Shown here one piece after another: positions 26,707-35,246 of a stretch of DNA of 64,000 nucleotides. The notes beneath the pieces are model-generated. The model had not been told where the DNA came from. It did no database searches and saw only the letters and a program-made list of their open reading frames with translations. Source of the DNA: Candidatus Poribacteria bacterium (lineage in GTDB: Bacteria > Poribacteria > WGA-4E > WGA-3G); contig CBDAUI010000002.1 in assembly GCA_965200205.1 (NCBI GenBank), forward strand, positions 319,837 to 383,836, given 5' to 3'. Positions within the stretch are counted from its first letter, which is position 1. Each line of letters begins with the position of its first letter. The translations under genes were made by a program, and so were the position numbers.

Positions 26707-27942
26707 ATGAACGTTGAGAACCGAACGCTTTTTATTTCTGACAATCTTGACATTATGCGCGGGATAGACACCGATTGCATAGATTTGATTTATCTTGATC
26801 CACCTTTTAACTCTAAAAAGCAGTGGAAAGCCCCGATCGGTTCGCCCGCCGAAGGTGCTACATTCAAAGACATCTGGACGGATGAAGATGTCAAAGATGG
26901 CTGGTATAGCGAGATCGCTGAAAACTATCCACATATTCATCAGATCATATTGGCAGCTGAGCATACCTATGATCACTCTATGATGATTTATCTCATGGCG
27001 ATGGGGATCCGTCTCATTGAGATGAAACGGATATTGAAACCCGCCGGGTGCATTTACCTACACTGCGATCCGACTGCGAGTCATTACCTGAAACTCGTGA
27101 TGGATTCGATTTTCGGGAAAAATAACTTCCAAAGCGAAGTAATCTGGGGTTATCGGACACAGGGCGTTAGCAAGTCAAGTTGGCCTAAGAAACATGAGGT
27201 GCTCTTGCATTACAGTGGCGGTTTGAAACCGACATTTCATCCGCAAATGCAAAGAATCTACTACCAGAAACCGTTTCGCCACACCAAAATAGATGAAGAC
27301 GGTAACCACTATGCCGATGTATATGTGCGCGATGTCTGGGACGACGACCCAGAGACGAGAGCTCTCATCAGCCAATCGAAAGAACGCACCGGGTGGCCAA
27401 CGCAAAAACCACTCGCACTCCTTCATCGGATCATCAAAGCCTCAACAAATGAAGGTGATATGGTATTAGACCCCTTCTGCGGTTGTGCAACTGCCTGCGT
27501 CGCAGCCGAGCAACTCAACCGACACTGGAGCGGTATTGATGTATCGCCATCCGCAGAAGTTATCACGAAAATTCGGCTTGACGAAGCCAGCCAACAAGGC
27601 TCTTTGTTCTCATCTATTCAGATGTCAGATGTTATCGTGACGAGCGAAGCACCCATAAGAACGGATACAGACGCAGCCGCAGAGCAACAAAAACTACGGC
27701 TACCGAACTACCGAGTCCACAAGAATACGCTTTACGGCATCCAAGAGGGTTACTGCAACGGTTGTCGAAGGCATTTTGAAATCCGGAACCTCACCGTTGA
27801 TCACATTCGACCGCAGATTGACGGTGGCACTGACCATATAAAGAATCTACAACTGCTTTACGCTACGTGCAATTCAACGAAAGGCACAGGCACACAATCA
27901 CAGCTTATTGAAAGACTCAAAGAACAAAGCGTACTGAGATAG
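26707..27942 (+). CDS. Beta-class (N6-adenine or N4-cytosine) DNA methyltransferase fused to a C-terminal HNH nuclease
   Basis: Motif IV DPPF (IDLIYLDPPFNSKK) precedes motif I (VLDPFCGCATACVAAEQL). The C-terminus carries an HNH domain, CNGCRRHFEIRNLTVDHIRPQIDGGTDHIKNLQLLYATCNSTKG. GGAG 26697-26700 plus ATG 26707. Confidence 0.85.
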   Translation: MNVENRTLFISDNLDIMRGIDTDCIDLIYLDPPFNSKKQWKAPIGSPAEGATFKDIWTDEDVKDGWYSEIAENYPHIHQIILAAEHTYDHSMMIYLMAMGIRLIEMKRILKPAGCIYLHCDPTASHYLKLVMDSIFGKNNFQSEVIWGYRTQGVSKSSWPKKHEVLLHYSGGLKPTFHPQMQRIYYQKPFRHTKIDEDGNHYADVYVRDVWDDDPETRALISQSKERTGWPTQKPLALLHRIIKASTNEGDMVLDPFCGCATACVAAEQLNRHWSGIDVSPSAEVITKIRLDEASQQGSLFSSIQMSDVIVTSEAPIRTDTDAAAEQQKLRLPNYRVHKNTLYGIQEGYCNGCRRHFEIRNLTVDHIRPQIDGGTDHIKNLQLLYATCNSTKGTGTQSQLIERLKEQSVLR

Positions 27943-28004
27943 CAAGTCCGAAATTTAACTATAGGACTTGTTGTTTCAAATTTGCACACAGAAACAATAA
28001 AAGA

Positions 28005-28529
28005 TTAACTGTGATACCAGCCCCAAGCCCACAATGCTCTATCCAAAGTACGCATATTAAAGCCGTTCCTATTGGCAATATCACGCGTAAATTCGCAATA
28101 CGACTGCCAAAAGAATTTTGTATAACTCCCGGAAAAACCGATAGATTTCTTGGCGTACCGATCTGCCATCGGAAACGGCTTTTTATCATATAAATGCAAC
28201 ACAACAGACGCACGCGGCACACGCATCCCGCTAAGATTATCCATAAGGATCGATATTTTCTTCCAATCGTCCTTAGCATCAAACGCGCCTCTGGTAATCG
28301 CACGAATCTCCGAATCCGTGTTTTTTTCTATAAGCGTAATCCTACGCCCAGACTTCCACTCCTGTACATCAATTAATTCTTTCCTCGTCATCTCGCCACA
28401 CTTTTGAATCTCATCGGCAAGCCCAATAAGATGGTCTTCTCTTTCACGCCCCCGGAGCGTCTGAACACCCCTATATACACTTGCCCAGTATCCAATTTCC
28501 GTTTCCGAAAACTGCAAAATCAAATCCAT
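28005..28529 (-). CDS. Hypothetical protein, weak HhH/OGG-fold-like motif
   Basis: Starts 21 nt after the metalloprotease-like gene. LSGMRVPRASVVLHLYDKKPFPMADRYA recalls helix-hairpin-helix glycosylase-fold proteins (weak recollection). Confidence 0.55.
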   Translation of the reverse strand: MDLILQFSETEIGYWASVYRGVQTLRGREREDHLIGLADEIQKCGEMTRKELIDVQEWKSGRRITLIEKNTDSEIRAITRGAFDAKDDWKKISILMDNLSGMRVPRASVVLHLYDKKPFPMADRYAKKSIGFSGSYTKFFWQSYCEFTRDIANRNGFNMRTLDRALWAWGWYHS

Positions 28530-28550
28530 AATAACACCTCCCAGAATTGG

Positions 28551-29204
28551 CTACCTTTCGTCCACATCAAGGGTATATCCAAAAGCGTTTGATAGACGCA
28601 CTACAAATAGTTTATCTTCCGATTCAACTGACAAGTACCAATCCCTCAAATACTCTTTGAGATAGCCTTTAGAAGTGGGAAAATTGCGAACGGCATTCCA
28701 TCCAGTAGGTGTGTCCTCAAAGATTGGTAAAAATTGGTATGCTACCACAGCGTTTTTTTCTCTTTGGTATTCGTCTTCGCGTAGCATATCCTCGTTATCT
28801 AAGAGCCATGAATGAAGGGATACTCCATCTGGTAATTTACCTTTAAGTCGAGATTGCTGTCGGTGTGCATATTCAACAAATTTGTCTGCATAATCAGCCC
28901 AATGGGGATATGGTGGATCTGTGCGCCAACTTTCTCCCATGCAGTGCAGTGTGAACGCAGATGCAAGTTCACAGATTGCCTCATGAAACCAATTGTTAGG
29001 ATTTTCTCTCAGATTATCATGTTTAGAGATAACATGACAGAATTCATGTGCAAACTGGTAGGCATATTGATCCCAACATGTGTCTCGAGCAGAAAGTTTT
29101 ATAGTATATCGTGTTTCAGTTGGTGAGCGATAAAGACAAATAGGATCCTCATCTATAGGTCCTGGTATAACACGAATATCTACATCAAAAGGTTTTCTAA
29201 ACAA
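28551..29204 (-). CDS. Gluzincin-like zinc metalloprotease (HExxH...E)
   Basis: FAHEFCHV is followed 17 residues later by WFHEAICE. The only in-frame start is TTG at 29204, but the frame stays open 108 nt further upstream. Confidence 0.6.
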   Translation of the reverse strand: MFRKPFDVDIRVIPGPIDEDPICLYRSPTETRYTIKLSARDTCWDQYAYQFAHEFCHVISKHDNLRENPNNWFHEAICELASAFTLHCMGESWRTDPPYPHWADYADKFVEYAHRQQSRLKGKLPDGVSLHSWLLDNEDMLREDEYQREKNAVVAYQFLPIFEDTPTGWNAVRNFPTSKGYLKEYLRDWYLSVESEDKLFVVRLSNAFGYTLDVDER

Positions 29205-29407
29205 CCGGAATATGTGAGCTGCAGTGTTTCTAAGTAACCTTTCAACATCCGCCCGGGGACCTTTGCCCCAATTAGAAGGTGAACAATATGTGCATTGTGC
29301 TGTATTTGATTTTCAGTGTTCATTTTACTCCTAAATAAAAATTGTCGTGAACATTTATCAAGCCCAAAACCGCTTATTGCGTTCTTTTCTGATGAATGAG
29401 AGCAAAA

Positions 29408-30097
29408 CTATTCGTTAGTTTCCTCGTGGGGTTCGCTTTCCGATTGCGGTTTGGTGTCAAGAAGTTTTTGTAGGACAACCGCCGGTAGTGAAACCTTTTC
29501 AAAACTCATAGCATAGCATAAATCCGAACGATCCGGCTGTAATGCACTTTCGTTGCTACAATGTTCTAAATTTATTCCAATGACCTCTCCAAAAAGTGAT
29601 TTTACAGAAAGGACAGTCTCCTTTTTAAAGAAAATAAACGGGGAATAAAATCCGCGTTTTTCGGAAAAAGCAAATTTTAAGTTTAAGTTAGAAAGGACAA
29701 TCGGTTCGAGACCTGGGATAAGTAAGATGATAGTCCTATAATCAAAATCCTCAGACTGACACTCTATTTCATAACGATGAATTGTAGATTCCCGTTGTTC
29801 ATCTATTTCGACACCATTCTCGAATTGATAGTATGGGTATTTGTCAATTGCAATGACATGCCCGCCAAAATTCACATTCAGTTCTTCATTAATCTCTCGG
29901 GCTTTTTCGTCAAAAATGGATTTATATTCGCGGTGAACATTAGGACAAAAATAATGCTCTTTTGAGAACTTAAACTCGAGAAGGTCTCCATTCAAAACAG
30001 GGATTTTGAAATCTTTGGTTTCTTTGCCAAAATACTCAAAATCTTCCGGTGTTCTTCGATCTGTAAGCTGGATTCTAACCAGTAGAACGTCAACCAT
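29408..30097 (-). CDS. Hypothetical protein (229 aa), AT-rich
   Basis: GGAGG plus ATG. No recognisable motif. About 33-38% GC in hand-counted lines. Confidence 0.6.
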   Translation of the reverse strand: MVDVLLVRIQLTDRRTPEDFEYFGKETKDFKIPVLNGDLLEFKFSKEHYFCPNVHREYKSIFDEKAREINEELNVNFGGHVIAIDKYPYYQFENGVEIDEQRESTIHRYEIECQSEDFDYRTIILLIPGLEPIVLSNLNLKFAFSEKRGFYSPFIFFKKETVLSVKSLFGEVIGINLEHCSNESALQPDRSDLCYAMSFEKVSLPAVVLQKLLDTKPQSESEPHEETNE

Positions 30098-30156
30098 AAT
30101 AAAAATCCTCCAAAGAGAGAATGGCAGTACATTAGTGAGTTGAAGCGTGTTGATGC

Positions 30157-30372
30157 TTAGGTATCATTCTCGGAATTGAAAAGGATACCTATCAATTCTT
30201 CCGCACTTTTTTCACTGCAAAGAGTTCCGGGGGCAACCCTCTGCACTGTTGTATTACAATAAACTAAATGTTTTTCACCGGATGCCATACGTATATCCAC
30301 AGTATCTCCTAATTGAATAGCGGACTCAATATAACGAGTGTCTATATAACCCGAACCTAAAAATAATCTCAT
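30157..30372 (-). CDS. Hypothetical small protein (71 aa)
   Basis: Strong SD (AAGGAGGA) 6 nt before the ATG. Confidence 0.5.
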   Translation of the reverse strand: MRLFLGSGYIDTRYIESAIQLGDTVDIRMASGEKHLVYCNTTVQRVAPGTLCSEKSAEELIGILFNSENDT

Positions 30373-30411
30373 TGCTTATCCTCCTTTATCATCTTCTCCT
30401 TTGAGAAAGAG

Positions 30412-30519
30412 ATGCTCGCGCTGGAAGCCGAATTAAAAGCGAAAGTGAAAGAGCTGCGCGCCTTCTATGCGGAATATCGGCAAAAGTGGGACAGACTTGA
30501 AAATATCCGCTACGTTTGA
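30412..30519 (+). other. GC-rich 35-codon coiled-coil ORF, possible gene relic
   Basis: MLALEAELKAKVKELRAFYAEYRQKWDRLENIRYV*. GC-rich against AT-rich flanks, and it overlaps the 3' end of the opposite-strand gene by 10 nt. Confidence 0.25.
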
Positions 30520-30863
30520 GATATTAACTTAGCCCATTCGTCTCCATACTTTTTAAAAACTTCAACAATTTCAGCATTGATTGGTATCCTGCGAGGCGAA
30601 CTACAATGCCAATCTTTGACTGTGAACATAACAAGAAAATATCCAGTACCTTCACCTTGTACTTCCTCCGGGATTACCTCAAGCCAGACTAATAAATTAG
30701 TAGGAACTTGAAATTTATTACAAATTTCGTTAGCAAGTATTTCAGCATTTAGGATAATCCCAACACGGGACTTAGGAGTTTCTGTCACGATCACGACATT
30801 GTGAAATATTTCCACATCGCATTCAAATCTCTCTTTGTCTACGCCTATAGTTTCATAGATCAT
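30510..30863 (-). CDS. Hypothetical protein (117 aa), AT-rich
   Basis: Start moved to ATG 30863 (GAAAGG upstream); the ORF is open to 30935. No recognisable motif. Confidence 0.5.
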   Translation of the reverse strand: MIYETIGVDKERFECDVEIFHNVVIVTETPKSRVGIILNAEILANEICNKFQVPTNLLVWLEVIPEEVQGEGTGYFLVMFTVKDWHCSSPRRIPINAEIVEVFKKYGDEWAKLISQT

Positions 30864-31220
30864 TATTTTTCCTTTCTTCAAAATTAGAGGTTGACACATA
30901 CCGGAGAACTCTGTTAAAATACAAACGCCAAACACCGATATGCATCATAACACCTCAATTGGTTTTGGTAATCTGGGGATGGCAACCGCCCCCATAAGTA
31001 TCAATTTTAGAAAAACACATCCTCGGGATCAGGTGCGGTGGCATTGTAGGTTGGGTTGAACGGATGCCACCAAAAACGTGAAAATCACAGAAAAACACAA
31101 CTTCCTTCAGGTGCGCCGCATTCACAAGAGACCGAGTGAAACCCAACGCTTTGATTTGAAACTTCCGCGATGCTGAGTGTAAAGTTGAGTTTCACTCCGT
31201 TCTTGAATAGATATGGCAGT

Positions 31221-32463
31221 CTAGTAGTCTGTCATAATTAGTTTGATAGTTAATCTAAAATCTGGTATCCTTAGACTCAAGTCCATAAACCTGATAACTT
31301 GGAGTCTCTTATGCCAGCGAAACAATATCCCGTTATACTTGACCAGAGCCAACGCGATTATCTCCTTGAGTTGATCACTTCTGGCACTGAGTCGGCACGA
31401 AAACTGACCCGGAGCCGTATCTTATTGAAAGCCGATGAAGGCGAGTTTGGGCCCGCCTATCCTGATAAAGACATAAAAGAAGCTGTTGAAGTCTCCCTAC
31501 CTACTATTCAAAGAACTCGTAAAACCTTCGTGCTTGAGGGACTCACAGCTGCACTGACACCTAAAAAGCGTTCAAAGCCATCAAGACCGAAAAAGTTTGA
31601 TGGCGAAAAAGAAGCACATCTGATCGCTTTAGTTTGTTCACCACCGCCGGAGGGTTTCTCAAGATGGACGCTGCGTTTATTAGCTGATAAAATGGTGGAA
31701 CTCCACCATTTTTCAAGCGTTTCTCATGAAACGATAAGACGCACGCTAAAAAAAACGAACTTAGACCTTGGCTAAAACAGCAATGGTGTATTCCACCGAA
31801 AGCCTCGGCAGAGTTCGTCGCTGCGATGGAAAACGTCTTAGACCTTTATCAGCGTCCCGAAACTATCGCATATCCTTTGGTTTGTGTCGATGAAACGAGT
31901 AAACAACACATTCAAGAAGTTCGGCAGCCCCTGGGCATCGTTGAAGGTTCACCGCGTCGATATGATGCTGAATACAAACGCAATGGTGTTAGCAATCTAT
32001 TCATGATTTTCGCACCTCTTTTGGGGTTTCGACATGTTGAAGTCACCGACCAACGAACAAGTATAGATTTCGCTCATATCTGTAGAGATTTAGTAGATGT
32101 ACATTTCCGAGATGCGGCAAAGATTATGCTTGTTTGCGACAATCTGAATACGCATAAGCCGTCTTCGTTGTATAAAGCTTTTCCGCCTGATGAAGCTCGG
32201 CGTATTGCTGAAAAGATTACGTTTCACTATACACCCAAGCATGGGAGTTGGCTGAACATGGCGGAGATTGAACTCTCCGTGCTGTCTCGGCAATGTCTTT
32301 CAAGAAGGATAGCCGACCAAGACGCTCTAAAACATGAGATCCAGACATGGCAAACTCAAAGAAATGAGCAATCTGTGACTGTGAAGTGGCAATTTACCAC
32401 GGATGACGCACGTATCAAACTCAACAAATTATATCCATCACTTTAGATGTGACAGACTACTAG
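31221..32463 (+). mobile_element. IS630-family insertion sequence (1243 bp)
   Basis: Terminal inverted repeats CTAGTAGTCTGTCATA (31221-31236) and TGTGACAGACTACTAG (32448-32463) match 15/16. Flanks are consistent with a CTAG target and TA duplication. The element encodes a DDE transposase. Confidence 0.9.
31311..32446 (+). CDS. IS630-family transposase, two frames joined by a -1 frameshift at A8 (31748-31755)
   Basis: orfA has an HTH N-terminus (MPAKQYPVILDQSQRDYLLELITSG...). After slipping on A AAA AAA the -1 frame reads KKNELRPWLKQQWCIPP. DDE residues lie in VCVDETS, LVCDNLNTH and SWLNMAEIE. Confidence 0.85.
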
Positions 32464-32654
32464 CATCATCTTGTAATAAAGTGTATTGTTTCGGAGAGAG
32501 AGTGATTAATTCGCGGATTTCTTCAATAAGTTGGTCAATATCTGTCATTTCCTTTCCTCGACATGTAACTCCATGTTATCCAGCAAATCAAATGAAAGTT
32601 TACAAAGTCAATTTTATAGTAAAGCCCACAATTAATTGGACACCCAAAGATCAA

Positions 32655-32671
32655 CGGGGTTACAAACCCCG
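32655..32671. repeat. Palindromic element P1, truncated copy
   Basis: CGGGGTT-aca-AACCCCG, followed by CC; related to 37472-37500. Confidence 0.5.
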
Positions 32672-32730
32672 CCGGTAAGGAGTTGGTTTTGTGTTTTCTA
32701 AAGTGTCCATATAGCTTTGGATTTTACTAT

Positions 32731-32756
32731 AAACTCCTTATCAGGGGGACTTTAAG
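32731..32756. repeat. Hairpin element P2 (…CTCCTTATCAGGGGGACTTTAAG)
   Basis: Shares CCTTATCAGGGGGAC with 46977-46991. Confidence 0.6.
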
Positions 32757-32953
32757 AAGTAGTACGTAAGCCCTATTTCTTAAGGAGATCTCACATCAAT
32801 TATCTATGGTCGCGCCTCTTATCGGGCAAATCATATAAATCACAGTTCAAAATGCGCATAGGCTTGTGTGAGCAGTATCTCCTTTGCCAATTCCAAAGCT
32901 TGCATGGCTTGTGTACGACTGACAGACGGAAAATCCTCTAAAAAATGGCAACG

Positions 32954-34222
32954 CTAATATAACTCCCGCAGCACTTGAAAATAATCAGGAAACGTCTTGC
33001 TGACACACTCAGGATTGTTAATCCGAATCCCACTGACTTTTAAACCGACGAGTGAAAACGCCATTGCCACGCGGTGGTCTTCGTAGGTATCAATCGCAGC
33101 AGGGATAATCGTTGCTGGGGAGATTTCGAGTCCGTCTCGGTGTTCAACAACAGGCACGCCTAATTTCCTGAGTTCTGTCACCATCGCATGAATCCGATCA
33201 GTCTCTTGCCAGCGTGTATGCTCAATGTTTCGGATACTCACTTTGTTGTCTGCGAAGGGTGCGATCGCTGCGAGCGTCAAGGACGTATCCGAAATCGTCC
33301 GCATATCCACATCGATCCCTTTCAACTGCTCTGGACCGATGACTGTGATACCTGCCTCAGAGACAGCGACGTGACACCCCATCTTTTCTAAGAGTCGAAC
33401 GAACTGGACATCGCCTTGTGCGGAATCCATGTTCAGGTGTTGAACAGTGACACGTCCACCTGTGATTGCAGCAGCGGCGAAAAAGTAGGAGGCGTTAGAG
33501 GCATCTGGTTCAATGTTATAGACACGCGGCTGGTACTGCTGTCCACCTTCAATCCTGAAATGTTTATAGCCGTTGTTGGTGACGTGTGCACCGAAAGCCG
33601 CCATCACAGCCAACGTGATGTCAATATAAGGCATCTCGCGGTTGCCGATCACCTCAATCTCGATACCCGTTTTCGCATAGGGTGCAATGAGAAGTAGCGC
33701 GGTTAAAAACTGACTGCTCTTACGCACGTCAAGTCGGGTTTTTCCGCCGGTGAGTCCATCCGCTTTGATAATAACAGGGAGATGTCCGTTCTCAAATTGC
33801 GTACGCGCGGAGACACCGATTTGTCGGAGTGCGTCAAGTAAGTCGGCGATCGGACGCCCGTGGCGCATCGGTTCGTCGCCATCAATAACGAATCTGCCGT
33901 GTCCGAGCGAAACATAGGCAGTAAGGGAGCGTGAAGTCGTACCTGAGTTCCCGATATACAGTTCCGCACCGGGCACCGGAATCTCGCCACCGTTTCCATG
34001 CACAGCAAACGTTGCTCGCTTCTCATCCGCGTCGATTTCGACGCCGAGTTTCCGGAGTGATGCCGACATATAGCGTGTATCATCACTAAAGAGGGCACCC
34101 GTCAACGTCGAGGCACCGTTTGCCAGCGCCGCAACTAACAGCGCGCGGTTGGTATAACTCTTAGAACCCGGCACTCGTATCGTTGCATCAAGCGGTTTGG
34201 CAATCGGTTGAATTTCAATCAT
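32954..34222 (-). CDS. aroA: 3-phosphoshikimate 1-carboxyvinyltransferase (EPSP synthase)
   Basis: IRVPGSKSYTNRALLVAALANGAS and an overall two-domain 422-aa architecture. ATGA overlap with the upstream gene. Confidence 0.92.
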   Translation of the reverse strand: MIEIQPIAKPLDATIRVPGSKSYTNRALLVAALANGASTLTGALFSDDTRYMSASLRKLGVEIDADEKRATFAVHGNGGEIPVPGAELYIGNSGTTSRSLTAYVSLGHGRFVIDGDEPMRHGRPIADLLDALRQIGVSARTQFENGHLPVIIKADGLTGGKTRLDVRKSSQFLTALLLIAPYAKTGIEIEVIGNREMPYIDITLAVMAAFGAHVTNNGYKHFRIEGGQQYQPRVYNIEPDASNASYFFAAAAITGGRVTVQHLNMDSAQGDVQFVRLLEKMGCHVAVSEAGITVIGPEQLKGIDVDMRTISDTSLTLAAIAPFADNKVSIRNIEHTRWQETDRIHAMVTELRKLGVPVVEHRDGLEISPATIIPAAIDTYEDHRVAMAFSLVGLKVSGIRINNPECVSKTFPDYFQVLRELY

Positions 34223-35118
34223 TCGGTAAGTCCTAATTCTGCCAACAATTCACGGAGTTCCGCTTTATCGGAATCTTTAAGCGGTAGCAACGGACTCGTC
34301 GTCCGCGCACTGCAGATCCCCAGAATTTCCAGACACGCCTTCATACCGCTGACACCTTGTCCGTAGGTATACATTTGGCTTAGCCGTAGCATCCACTTTT
34401 GTAAACGGTGGACTTCATCGATGTCGCGCGCCTTCGCAGCGTTGTAGAGGGCGACCGATTCTTTCGGCGCGACGTTTGAAATTGAGACAACACCACCGTC
34501 CGCACCGAACAGCAAGGCGGCACCGAGTGCGACATGCGAACCGAGGAAGATAGAGAAATCTGTCCGATCTCCGAGCAGTGCTAAGAGATTCAGACAGTTC
34601 GTCCAATCGCCGGTACTGTCCTTCGTCCCGACGATATTTTTACAGGTATCTGCGAGTTCAACGATGACGTGCGGTTTGATGAAGGTTTTAACAGTCGAAG
34701 GGATATTATAGATGAAAACAGGGAGGTCAGTACTCGCAGCGACTGTCTGATAGAATTCGATGAGGTCCGCGTCATCGGTGGACGGGTAATAATAGCCGGG
34801 TGTCGCAGCGACTGCGTCAACGCCGAACTGTTCAGCGATTTCAATGTTCTGGATAACACGTTGCGCGCTTGTATCCATCACACAACAGATAACCGGGACG
34901 CGGCCGCCGACCGCCTTCGTCGCGATGTCCAATGCCCGTTCGCGTTCTCTATTTGTTAACGTCGTAAATTCACCGGAACTCCCGAGTAGATAGATACCGT
35001 GAATGCCGTTGTTAATCAGGCGGTTGAGTTGATTAACGAACCCGCGCTCATCAACACGCTCTTTCTCGTCGATCGGTGTTACTGTCGGTGAAAAAATACC
35101 TTCAAATCGGGTAGCCAT
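34219..35118 (-). CDS. Dihydrodipicolinate synthase / N-acetylneuraminate lyase family aldolase
   Basis: GIFSPTVTPIDE...GIHGIYLLGSSGEFTTLTNRER, typical of the DHDPS family. The specific substrate cannot be determined. Confidence 0.8.
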   Translation of the reverse strand: MATRFEGIFSPTVTPIDEKERVDERGFVNQLNRLINNGIHGIYLLGSSGEFTTLTNRERERALDIATKAVGGRVPVICCVMDTSAQRVIQNIEIAEQFGVDAVAATPGYYYPSTDDADLIEFYQTVAASTDLPVFIYNIPSTVKTFIKPHVIVELADTCKNIVGTKDSTGDWTNCLNLLALLGDRTDFSIFLGSHVALGAALLFGADGGVVSISNVAPKESVALYNAAKARDIDEVHRLQKWMLRLSQMYTYGQGVSGMKACLEILGICSARTTSPLLPLKDSDKAELRELLAELGLTE

Positions 35119-35246
35119 GAGTTTCTCCAGTGAGGGTAATCATTATTTTTTTCGTATTCCAAAACCGGTAGGCACTGTTTGTAACTGTGCCAGATTTCAT
35201 GCCTTATAGTAAAATCCGAAAATAAATGAACACTTTTACGAAGATA

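Larger units (their letters stand above)
31085..32548 (-). pseudogene. Small ORF split by the IS630 insertion
   Basis: GAGGAAAGGAA plus ATG at 32548 gives MTDIDQLIEEIRELITLSPKQYTLLQDD up to the IS end. Removing the IS and one TA restores an open frame (…ARLPYLFKNGVKLNFTLSIAEV…) to TGA at 31085-31087, about 73 aa in total. Confidence 0.4.

Noticed and set aside
32840-32953. Short frame after the aroA stop (…EDFPSVSRTQAMQALELAKEILLTQAYAHFEL*), possibly the remnant of a downstream gene cut by the island
   Set aside because: Only about 35 codons, with no start or RBS and no recognisable motif. It cannot be supported from sequence alone.
35205-35217. 13-nt inverted match TATAGTAAAATCC with GGATTTTACTATA at about 32720
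   Set aside because: Dozens of 13-mer matches are expected by chance in a 64-kb window on two strands, and the flanks are not colinear.
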